In this document: positions 29,093-37,191 of the stretch, piece by piece
Position numbering within the stretch: the stretch's first letter is position 1
Layout of the letters: every line of letters begins with the position of its first letter
Origin: an uncultured bacterium
Lineage (GTDB): Bacteria > Omnitrophota > Omnitrophia > Omnitrophales > Abzuiibacteriaceae
NCBI GenBank assembly: GCA_964387845.1
Contig: CAYLXA010000007.1
Coordinates: 32,001-96,000 of the forward strand
Length of the DNA stretch: 64,000 nucleotides
Direction: 5' to 3'
Program-made: the position numbers and the translations under genes
The notes under the pieces: model-generated
What the model saw: the letters and a program-made list of their open reading frames with translations, nothing else
What the model was told of the DNA's origin: nothing
The model's database searches: none

Positions 29093-30412
29093 TTACAGCA
29101 AAGTTCCGCGCAAAAGAAGTGCCGCAACGCTAAAGTAAATAACAATGCCGAAAACGTCTACCAGCGTCGCCACAAACGGCGCGGATGCGCTTGCGGGATC
29201 AAAATTGAGCCGTCTTAATATAAAAGGAAGCATGGAACCGACGACGGTTCCCCACATTACAACACCGATCAGGCTGATTGAAACGACAGATGCGATCAAA
29301 AGGTATTGCTCACCATAGACATGAAAAATCGCTTCCCAGGCAACGATTCTGATGAATCCAATCACCGCTAAAAGAGCACCGAGGCCGAGGCCCATGCCGA
29401 ATTCACGGTAAATAATGCGCCACCAATCTTTCAAATGAACTTCGCCGAGCGCCATCGCGCGGATGATCAAAGTTGTGGCCTGTGAGCCTGAATTTCCACC
29501 GCTTGAAATAATGAGCGGAACAAACAGCATTAAAATCACAGCTTTCGCAATCTCCGCTTCATAATGCGCCATGACACTCGCCGTCAACATTTCGCCCACA
29601 AATAAAATCGCAAGCCAAACCGAACGTTTTTTGAGCATCGTAAAGAAATTGATTTGCAGGTACGGCTTTTGCAGCGCTTCCATACCGCCCAACTTTTGGA
29701 TATCTTCGGTGGCTTCGGTCTGAACGGCATGCAGCACGTCATCGGCGGTGATAATGCCTTTGATCCTGCTCTCTTTATCCACCACCGGCAGTGCCAGAAA
29801 TTTATATTGCGCAAAAAGGCGGCCCACATGTTCCCGGTCTTCTTCTTCCGAAACAGTCACCATGTCTGCCTTCATGATCTCGGAAACCTTTTTGTCATGA
29901 GGTGCCCGGAAAAGATCATGAAAAGAGATAACGCCCAAAAGATGCTGTGCATCGTCACACACAAAAACGTAATAAATACCTTCCGGGCGTTCCTGGGCTT
30001 GCAGTCTGAGATAACGGATCGCTTCATCGACTGTGACTTCCGGCCGGATGCGGGCAAACCGGGGGTTCATGAGGCCGCCCGCAACATCGTGTTTATAGGA
30101 AAGTAAGGCTTTCACTTCCGTTTGCGTCCGTTCGTCTAAAAGCTCGAGCAGCATCATGTTCATCGGCTCGGGCGCTTCTTGAATCAGGTCCGCGGCATCA
30201 TCCGGTGGCAGAAGACGCATCCAAAGCCTTCGTTCACCTTCTTTTAAATCCATGATAATAGCCATTCGAGCTCGGACTGAAAGTGTGAGGAAAAATTCTT
30301 GCGCTGATTCACGATCTAGCATACAGAATGCTTCTGTGCGTTCGTCACGCGAAAGCACATCCCACATTTGCCGGATTTCTTCAAGTGTCAGCAGATCTTC
30401 AGCAGTCGCCAT
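29093..30412 (-). CDS. mgtE: magnesium transporter MgtE
   Basis: 439 aa. MgtE_N, tandem CBS and C-terminal 5-TM MgtE domain (GNSGSQ motif). Confidence 0.88.
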   Translation of the reverse strand: MATAEDLLTLEEIRQMWDVLSRDERTEAFCMLDRESAQEFFLTLSVRARMAIIMDLKEGERRLWMRLLPPDDAADLIQEAPEPMNMMLLELLDERTQTEVKALLSYKHDVAGGLMNPRFARIRPEVTVDEAIRYLRLQAQERPEGIYYVFVCDDAQHLLGVISFHDLFRAPHDKKVSEIMKADMVTVSEEEDREHVGRLFAQYKFLALPVVDKESRIKGIITADDVLHAVQTEATEDIQKLGGMEALQKPYLQINFFTMLKKRSVWLAILFVGEMLTASVMAHYEAEIAKAVILMLFVPLIISSGGNSGSQATTLIIRAMALGEVHLKDWWRIIYREFGMGLGLGALLAVIGFIRIVAWEAIFHVYGEQYLLIASVVSISLIGVVMWGTVVGSMLPFILRRLNFDPASASAPFVATLVDVFGIVIYFSVAALLLRGTLL

Positions 30413-30467
30413 TAATATTCCAATCCTTCTAATTTGCCGTAAATTCTACGGTAGATCGGTATCTTCA

Positions 30468-31568
30468 TCAACGGATTTTCACAACCGCTTGTCCAAGTGC
30501 CGGATTTTCAATTAAGTTCTCGTAATGAAAAAAAGCACAGCCGCGGCCGCCTGCGGCGTGGCACAATTCCGTCTGCCTGGCAAAATCTTGCGGAACATTC
30601 AGAAGTTCATAAGCACCGATTCCGATATTAACCTTCCTGAAATCTGTAACGCGCAAGCGCGCATCCTCGATTTGCTTGCGGAACGCCTCCGGCTCGCGCT
30701 TGTAACTCATGATCGTCACAAAATCAATGAGCCCGCTTTCAATCCAATGCGGCCAATCCTGGAAAGCTTCATGATACGCGCGAATATAAGACATGCAACC
30801 TGTTGTGGATACTTGAATGCCCGGACGGATGGAGCGGGCTTTTTGAATTAATTCCGTAAGCAATTCCGTTACTTGTGTGCGCTTCCAGTTTTGCCAAGTC
30901 TCGCTTTTCTCCTCAATCACTTGAATGCCCGTTGCCTTCTTGAACCGTTCAACATTAACTTTTGTAAATCCATAATGCGGATTTTGATCCGGATAGCGGA
31001 TGTAATCAAATTGAATTCCGTCTAAAGCCGGATAAGTTTGAACTATCTCACCCACGATTTTCACAAGCTCTTCCCTGACTCTAGGATCGCCGGGTTCTAG
31101 AAAATATTGGTTATCGATTTTGTAATCTTGAATGGTTCTTTTGTCCTGAAGATTTTTTGTCAAGACGTCGGGGCCGTATTTCTGAAGAAGCGGCGCATTT
31201 TCATTAGCACTCAGGCTGAGCAGATTCAGCCAAGCATGGACTTCGATTCCTTTTTGATGCGCTTTTTGAATCAAAAGCCGGAACGGATCTTCGCCGACAT
31301 TTTTGAAGGCTTGATGATAGAGAGCGGAATCTGCCGCTTCGAACGGAAAATAGGATTTACCCGCACGGTAGATCTGGACAAAGAGAGTTTTGATTTGTTT
31401 TTGCTCGGCAAATTCAACCAATTCGGTGATTTCCCGGGCATCGGAAAGCGGAAAAGGATCTTGGATCATGGATATAAATAAGCTGCGCTCAACTGATAAT
31501 TCTGATTTTACGTCAGTGGGAAATATAGAGAGCAAGCATACCAGAATCAGCAATATCCCTTTTTTCAT
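30468..31568 (-). CDS. glycoside hydrolase-like family 10 (GHL10/DUF187) lipoprotein
   Basis: 366 aa. Signal peptide. GIEVHAWLNL and DGIQFDYIRYP blocks typical of GHL10 TIM-barrel proteins. Confidence 0.6.
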   Translation of the reverse strand: MKKGILLILVCLLSIFPTDVKSELSVERSLFISMIQDPFPLSDAREITELVEFAEQKQIKTLFVQIYRAGKSYFPFEAADSALYHQAFKNVGEDPFRLLIQKAHQKGIEVHAWLNLLSLSANENAPLLQKYGPDVLTKNLQDKRTIQDYKIDNQYFLEPGDPRVREELVKIVGEIVQTYPALDGIQFDYIRYPDQNPHYGFTKVNVERFKKATGIQVIEEKSETWQNWKRTQVTELLTELIQKARSIRPGIQVSTTGCMSYIRAYHEAFQDWPHWIESGLIDFVTIMSYKREPEAFRKQIEDARLRVTDFRKVNIGIGAYELLNVPQDFARQTELCHAAGGRGCAFFHYENLIENPALGQAVVKIR

Positions 31569-31578
31569 AGTAATCTAA

Positions 31579-32157
31579 TTATCGGATGGATTTTACGTCT
31601 CTGTAACGGAAGCAATCCGTTAAATGGTCGTTCACCATTCCCGCCGCTTGCATGTAAGCGTAGCAAATGGTAGAGCCCACGAAGGTAAAGCCGCGCTTTT
31701 TGAGGTCAATGCTCATCGCGTCGGATTCTTTGGTTTTGGCAGGAACTTGCTTGAAGGATTTCCAGCGGTTTTGCAGTGTTTTGTAATTCGTAAAGCGCCA
31801 GATATATTTATCAAAAGAACCGAATTCTTTTTGGACTTCTAGAAATGCTTTGGCATTTTTAACAGAGCCCCAGATTTTCAGCCGGTTGCGGATGATTCCT
31901 TCGTTTTTCATCAAAGCTTGAAGCTTTTGATTCTTAAATTTCGCAATGGCTTGAGGATTGAAATTGCTAAACGCTTTCCTGAAATTCTCGCGCTTGTGCA
32001 AAATCGTCCGCCACGAGAGCCCCGCCTGAAACGCATCCAAAATCAGAAATTCAAAGTGTTTTCGGTCATCATGCACCTGGTTTCCCCACTCTTGGTCGTG
32101 ATAGTCGATCATTAATTGATCATCTGACGGCCACGGACAACGTTGGACTGTGTTCAT
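31579..32157 (-). CDS. tag: DNA-3-methyladenine glycosylase I
   Basis: 192 aa. CPWPSDDQLMIDYHDQEWG...FEFLILDAFQAGLSW Tag signature including the zinc-binding Cys/His. Confidence 0.88.
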   Translation of the reverse strand: MNTVQRCPWPSDDQLMIDYHDQEWGNQVHDDRKHFEFLILDAFQAGLSWRTILHKRENFRKAFSNFNPQAIAKFKNQKLQALMKNEGIIRNRLKIWGSVKNAKAFLEVQKEFGSFDKYIWRFTNYKTLQNRWKSFKQVPAKTKESDAMSIDLKKRGFTFVGSTICYAYMQAAGMVNDHLTDCFRYRDVKSIR

Positions 32158-32159
32158 TA

Positions 32160-33815
32160 TTATTTTCCTAAAATTTTCCGGCTTTTCTCAATCGCATCTT
32201 CAATTGTATCAAAGAAATTTTCCGAGCCAATCAAATTATAAAGTTCGCTGGCTTTCAAAGCCTCAAGTGGCTGCTTTTGAATGCCGGCGATCATCAAATG
32301 AATATGGCTTGCGTGCGACTTTCTGACAAATTCTTTAAGAGCACGGACACCGGTAGAATCCATGACAGGCACATGGCGGAGTCTCAGGATTCTAACTTTC
32401 GGCGGCTTGGAAACCACGCGCGCCGCTTCTTCAAATTCATGCGCCACCCCAAAAAAGAATGGCCCGTTAATTTCATAAACATCCACATCTTTCGGCACTT
32501 TGACGTGGTCGATATCGCTAGCATCATCTTCCGGAATTTCTTCATCTTCATCCACCAGGCGGATTTTCGTCACTTTGCTCATCCGGTGCATAAATAAAAA
32601 TAGGGACAAAATCATGCCGACTTCAATCGCGACGGTGAGATCAAATATCACCGTGATCAAGAAGGTAATAACAAGCACGGCAGCACTGCCGCGGAGACCC
32701 TTGAGGTCCGCGCGAAAAGAGCGCCACTCGCTCATATTATAAGCCACTACCGTCAGGATCCCGGCCAAACATGCCAGCGGGATCAATTTTGCCCATTGGC
32801 CAAAGAAAAGCACGATCGCCAAAAGCGTAACGGCATGCACAATGCCGGCAACCGGCGTTCTTCCCCCATTCTTGATGTTGGTTACAGTACGTGCAATTGC
32901 GCCTGTGGCCGGAATGCCGCCAAAAAGCGCGGAACCCAAATTGGCAGTTCCCTGCGCGATTAACTCCATATTGGAACGATGCTTTCCGCCGATCATGCCG
33001 TCTGAAACCACCGCCGAAAGAAGCGATTCGATAGCACCCAAAAGTGCAATGGTAATCGCGGGCTGAATTAAGGCCTGGATATTTGCAAAATGAAATTCGG
33101 GAAAAGACGGCGCAGGAAGCGAGCGCGGCAGATTGCCAAATTTGCTGCCGATGGTTTCCACCGGCCAATGAAAATACTGAACGGCCAAAACCGACAAAAT
33201 CAGCGCGATGACCGAACCTGGTACTTTGCGTGAAATTCTAGGCCAAACCGCAATTAATAAAACGGTTCCAAGTGCGATTGCGAAGGCGTAAGGATTGAAA
33301 GTGTGCAGATTTTCAAAAATGACTTTCCATTTATCCAGAAAATCCGCCGGGACTTTGTCGATTGAAAGCCCGAGAAAATCTTTCACCTCGGATGAGAAAA
33401 TCACCACCGCGATTCCGCTCGTAAAACCTACAATGACAGGATGCGGGATTAGCTTGATGGCATTGCCAAGTTTCGCGATGCCCATTGCGATCAATAAAAT
33501 CCCGGCCAAAAATGTTGCAATAATAAGCCCGTCAATCCCGTGCTGCTCGACAATGCCGTAAACAATCACGACAAAGGCACCCGTCGGCCCGCCGATTTGC
33601 ACGCGGCTGCCGCCCAATGCGGAAATAATGAATCCTGCCACCACTGCGGTAACAATGCCCTTCTCCGGCGAAACACCGGACGCAATGGCAAACGCAATCG
33701 CAAGCGGCAGCGCCACAATGCCCACAATGACGCCGGCCATCAGATCTTGGCCGAATTGTCTGTGCGAATAATCTTTTAACGTTGTAAAGAGTTTTGGGTA
33801 TAGCATTAAAATCAC
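32160..33815 (-). CDS. SulP family anion (sulfate) permease with C-terminal STAS domain
   Basis: 551 aa. SulP TM core plus STAS domain. Confidence 0.88.
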   Translation of the reverse strand: MILMLYPKLFTTLKDYSHRQFGQDLMAGVIVGIVALPLAIAFAIASGVSPEKGIVTAVVAGFIISALGGSRVQIGGPTGAFVVIVYGIVEQHGIDGLIIATFLAGILLIAMGIAKLGNAIKLIPHPVIVGFTSGIAVVIFSSEVKDFLGLSIDKVPADFLDKWKVIFENLHTFNPYAFAIALGTVLLIAVWPRISRKVPGSVIALILSVLAVQYFHWPVETIGSKFGNLPRSLPAPSFPEFHFANIQALIQPAITIALLGAIESLLSAVVSDGMIGGKHRSNMELIAQGTANLGSALFGGIPATGAIARTVTNIKNGGRTPVAGIVHAVTLLAIVLFFGQWAKLIPLACLAGILTVVAYNMSEWRSFRADLKGLRGSAAVLVITFLITVIFDLTVAIEVGMILSLFLFMHRMSKVTKIRLVDEDEEIPEDDASDIDHVKVPKDVDVYEINGPFFFGVAHEFEEAARVVSKPPKVRILRLRHVPVMDSTGVRALKEFVRKSHASHIHLMIAGIQKQPLEALKASELYNLIGSENFFDTIEDAIEKSRKILGK

Positions 33816-33965
33816 TACCGATAGGGTTAGTCAGAAATTGGCAAACGCCGCTTTATTAGACCATTCGGTAGGGTGAAATGCAATAGCGGAGAATGGAGAT
33901 TTGATTCAGCGCGGCACTGTCAGTAACGCCTCTGGATTATGTAATGTTTTTGTCTGCCGATTTTT

Positions 33966-34631
33966 TCATTTGAATCTTGCCTGCTTGATCCGGTCCAAAC
34001 TTTCGTTTTTGTGCATGCGCTCATCCAGGCCGATATTCCGGAACAAATCGGCCAGCGAATTAAAAGAGCCGTAATCGTTTCGAAAATTGCTTTCAAACGG
34101 CTCTGTTTCAAATTGAGGACTTTGCTTCACAAATTCCATATATTCATGCTCGGCGTGGTCTTCAAAATCCGCGTTGAGCAAATAACTCCAATCTGGCTTT
34201 ATCACATACAAAAGCCAGCTCACATGGTAATACAAAAATGCCACAAATTGCGGAAGGATCCGGTAGAGAAAAAAGTTTTCCTGGATTGCTTTTTTCTGTG
34301 TGAGCTCCTCTAAAATCAAAAGGTGCCATTGTTCGTTGTCTTGCTGCGCGCGCGATTCGCGCACAAATTCAAATATTCGCCGCGCGAAATGAGGTTCAGC
34401 GTAAGTGTGCGTCATCGCAATGTAGGCCACATGCTCCCACGATTGATACGGCACGCGTGCAATGACTTCGAGCACTTTGAATTTCGAGAAGGTCCTCGAC
34501 TTGCCGTAGACAAGATCCATAAAGGCAAACAGCGCTTTTCCGAACAAGCCATAGCGGCGCCTCGGAGAATTCAGGGTCTTTTGCTGTTCGGTTTTGAGGT
34601 CTGTGGAATTGACCGCGGATTTCATAGCCAT
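33966..34631 (-). CDS. alternative oxidase / PTOX family di-iron carboxylate protein
   Basis: 221 aa. LEVIARVPY, NEQWHLLILEE (ExxH), EDHAEHEY (ExxH) and DERMH blocks are collinear with AOX/PTOX iron-binding helices. Confidence 0.55.
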   Translation of the reverse strand: MAMKSAVNSTDLKTEQQKTLNSPRRRYGLFGKALFAFMDLVYGKSRTFSKFKVLEVIARVPYQSWEHVAYIAMTHTYAEPHFARRIFEFVRESRAQQDNEQWHLLILEELTQKKAIQENFFLYRILPQFVAFLYYHVSWLLYVIKPDWSYLLNADFEDHAEHEYMEFVKQSPQFETEPFESNFRNDYGSFNSLADLFRNIGLDERMHKNESLDRIKQARFK

Positions 34632-34652
34632 TATTTTACGCTTAATGATTGA

Positions 34653-37022
34653 TTATTTCTCAGGGATTATTGAAACATTGTCATACGCCGTATTGGCACG
34701 ATAACTCTTAAAACCAACACGCCCTGATTGAAATGTGTCATCCTTGACTTTAATTTTATGCCTATCGTTGAGGTAAACCTGAATTTTTCTTTCGTTGACC
34801 GCCACTCTCAATTGATACTTCCTTCCGATTTCAATCAAATTTTCACGTTCCGCCAAATCGACCACTACCCCTTGATGTTTCTTTTGCAATCGAATTTTAT
34901 TCTTAGAAGCATCCAAAAGGACTGCATAATAATTATCCGGATCTTGATATCGGAAAAGCAGGCCCGCAACATTGCTTCCAACCATAGCTTCATTGCCCAG
35001 CTGCACATCAGCTTGAAAAACGTAATTATCCCAATCTTGACGCTCCGACAACGCAATCGCATCCAAGAAATCAATATTCTTAGCCTTGTAATTAATTTTA
35101 AATTGCCTTTCCACCGGCAAGCCAAAACTATACAAGTTTGCATGATGGGCAGAATCGGCAGATCCTTGCCAATATGCGTTTCTTAAATCCCAATGATACG
35201 AATCTTTTCTGACGGCATGCACTTCCATCCGATCCTGATAAATTTCGACGTAATGGTATTCTCCCATATTATTAAAACCAGTCGTATGAACATAGTAAAT
35301 GCTATCCAGCTTGCTTAAACCGCTGATATGAGAATGCCCCGCAAATTCCGCGACAACACGCCTGCTAGCCTCCAAAATATCTTTAACATCGTTCGAATTC
35401 CCGCCTCCCCACCAATAACCATAAGCGTCCCCATCATCACGGACAGCAGCATGCCCGTAATGACAAAACAAAAACGCTTTCTTGGTTGGATGCGCTGCTA
35501 ATTCATTTTTTAACCATACTAAATAATTTGAAAAGTCGGAACCGTTTTGCTTTCCCTTAAACATAGTAGCACCGTCTTCGGCAAGAAATAAAAAATCGCC
35601 GAACGTCCAACTATAGGAAAGCTTGTTAGGGCCAAATACTTCTGACCAAAAATGGCCCCTCGGGAATCCCAGCCGAAGATCTTCTCCCCAATCGTGATTG
35701 CCTAAAACCGGATAATAAGGAACCGAGAGTTGATCCAAAACATTCTTGACGGATTCTAATTCCGACAAAGTACCGTTGTCCGTCAAATCACCGGTAATTA
35801 CCACAAAACTTGGCAGCGGAAAATCCCGGCTTTGATTAATATCAGCAACAAAACTCTGAAGATCCTTCAAACTATTGTTATCAGTATCACGAATATGGGT
35901 ATCTGATATCACCGCGAATGAAAAAAGAGGTTTTCCCCGAACTTCGATAGGGATAACCGACCGGTGACTTTCTTCATCCAGCACAACCGTATAAGTTCCC
36001 GCTTCGTTCGCATTCATAGAAAAAGCATCCGGAAATAAAAGTTTACAATCTGATGATAACGAACAATCTGTCAAAGAAATCGGCCCATGCACTTTACCCG
36101 AAGGACTAATTGCAGACACTTGGGCTTCGCTTAAATTTGCCGTCGATGAAAAATGAAGTGTCGAATGTCCGCCGACATACAAATGCGACGGCCTTGCTTT
36201 GATTGTTGTGATTGAAAGTACGGTAACTTCATCAAACACAGAAACCCCGCCCTGAGAACCAATCCCTATCGAGCCGCTTGGGTAAGATTGATCATAAACA
36301 CGTATATCAGGATCTTGATCTTCGGGCTTGTCGAACCACACTTTAATTTCAGGGCCCACCGCTGAAATCGCGACGGTCGACAATTTGCCGTGTTCCGGTT
36401 TTGGAACTGAAATACTCGCAAGTCTCCGGTCGAATAAACCATTGGTTCGCGCATATAAATCAAGCGCTCCATCATTGCTCAGCACTAAAGCGTAAGAGTT
36501 GTCATTTTTTTTGCCGGTCATCGTTAAACGAAAATAAACAATGGAAGAATTGAATGGATTTTGGTCAATTTTGCTTCCTAATTTTACGCGGATTAGATAA
36601 TCAGATTGGCTAAACTTGCCTTTTTTGTCGGGAAGCATTAAAGCAAGATTGTGTTTTTTATCATCAAAAAAACATTGTCCGTCTTTCAGATTGAAAGCAC
36701 CGCGTTTCTTGGTCCATTGTTTTTTCGTATTCTTCGGATTGCTGAAATCATCATGGAATAATTTTTGTTCATTTTCATTTTGAACATCCCCATGCCCGGC
36801 CCGTATTCCAAAGCTTTCTCCAACTTCCCGTTGCTGATACTGCCCATTAACCGCTACCCAAGCTCCGGAAACAGGGCTCCATGCGGTTGAATGGTTGGAA
36901 AAATCATCTGAAAATGTTGCATTGACATTCGCAGTTTGTAAACAAAAAATACTTATTAACGCCAGTATCGTACGCACATTGCGCTCCGCCAAACTTTTAA
37001 TTTTTTGTTTTACTTTCTTCAT
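34653..37022 (-). CDS. secreted DUF1080(jelly-roll) - metallophosphoesterase - DUF1080 protein, paralog A
   Basis: 789 aa. Signal peptide. Calcineurin-like motifs VISDTHIRD, VVITGDLTD, GNHDW, GHSH. N- and C-terminal DUF1080/LamG-like domains (NYYAVLLD, GRVGFKSYRANTAYDNVSI). Confidence 0.7.
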   Translation of the reverse strand: MKKVKQKIKSLAERNVRTILALISIFCLQTANVNATFSDDFSNHSTAWSPVSGAWVAVNGQYQQREVGESFGIRAGHGDVQNENEQKLFHDDFSNPKNTKKQWTKKRGAFNLKDGQCFFDDKKHNLALMLPDKKGKFSQSDYLIRVKLGSKIDQNPFNSSIVYFRLTMTGKKNDNSYALVLSNDGALDLYARTNGLFDRRLASISVPKPEHGKLSTVAISAVGPEIKVWFDKPEDQDPDIRVYDQSYPSGSIGIGSQGGVSVFDEVTVLSITTIKARPSHLYVGGHSTLHFSSTANLSEAQVSAISPSGKVHGPISLTDCSLSSDCKLLFPDAFSMNANEAGTYTVVLDEESHRSVIPIEVRGKPLFSFAVISDTHIRDTDNNSLKDLQSFVADINQSRDFPLPSFVVITGDLTDNGTLSELESVKNVLDQLSVPYYPVLGNHDWGEDLRLGFPRGHFWSEVFGPNKLSYSWTFGDFLFLAEDGATMFKGKQNGSDFSNYLVWLKNELAAHPTKKAFLFCHYGHAAVRDDGDAYGYWWGGGNSNDVKDILEASRRVVAEFAGHSHISGLSKLDSIYYVHTTGFNNMGEYHYVEIYQDRMEVHAVRKDSYHWDLRNAYWQGSADSAHHANLYSFGLPVERQFKINYKAKNIDFLDAIALSERQDWDNYVFQADVQLGNEAMVGSNVAGLLFRYQDPDNYYAVLLDASKNKIRLQKKHQGVVVDLAERENLIEIGRKYQLRVAVNERKIQVYLNDRHKIKVKDDTFQSGRVGFKSYRANTAYDNVSIIPEK

Positions 37023-37076
37023 AAATTTGTTGAGTGCCAGACGAAATTGCTTTGAAGTATCAAATAGAAGAATCTA

Positions 37077-37185
37077 AAAACTAGAGAATGGCTCTCTGCA
37101 CAGCCAATCGCTACTCCTGGTCAAAATCAAAAGGCGCCACTGTTCGTTTTCCTGCTGCGCGCGCGATATGGCCGCCACCTTTTAA
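37077..37185 (-). pseudogene. remnant of an AOX/PTOX-family gene between the two phosphoesterase paralogs
   Basis: 45 nt (37130..37174) match 34319..34363 with 4 mismatches, counted by eye. Translates to SRAQQENEQWRLLIL versus SRAQQDNEQWHLLIL in the intact gene. In-frame stops lie on both sides. Confidence 0.45.
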
Positions 37186-37191
37186 CAGCGC

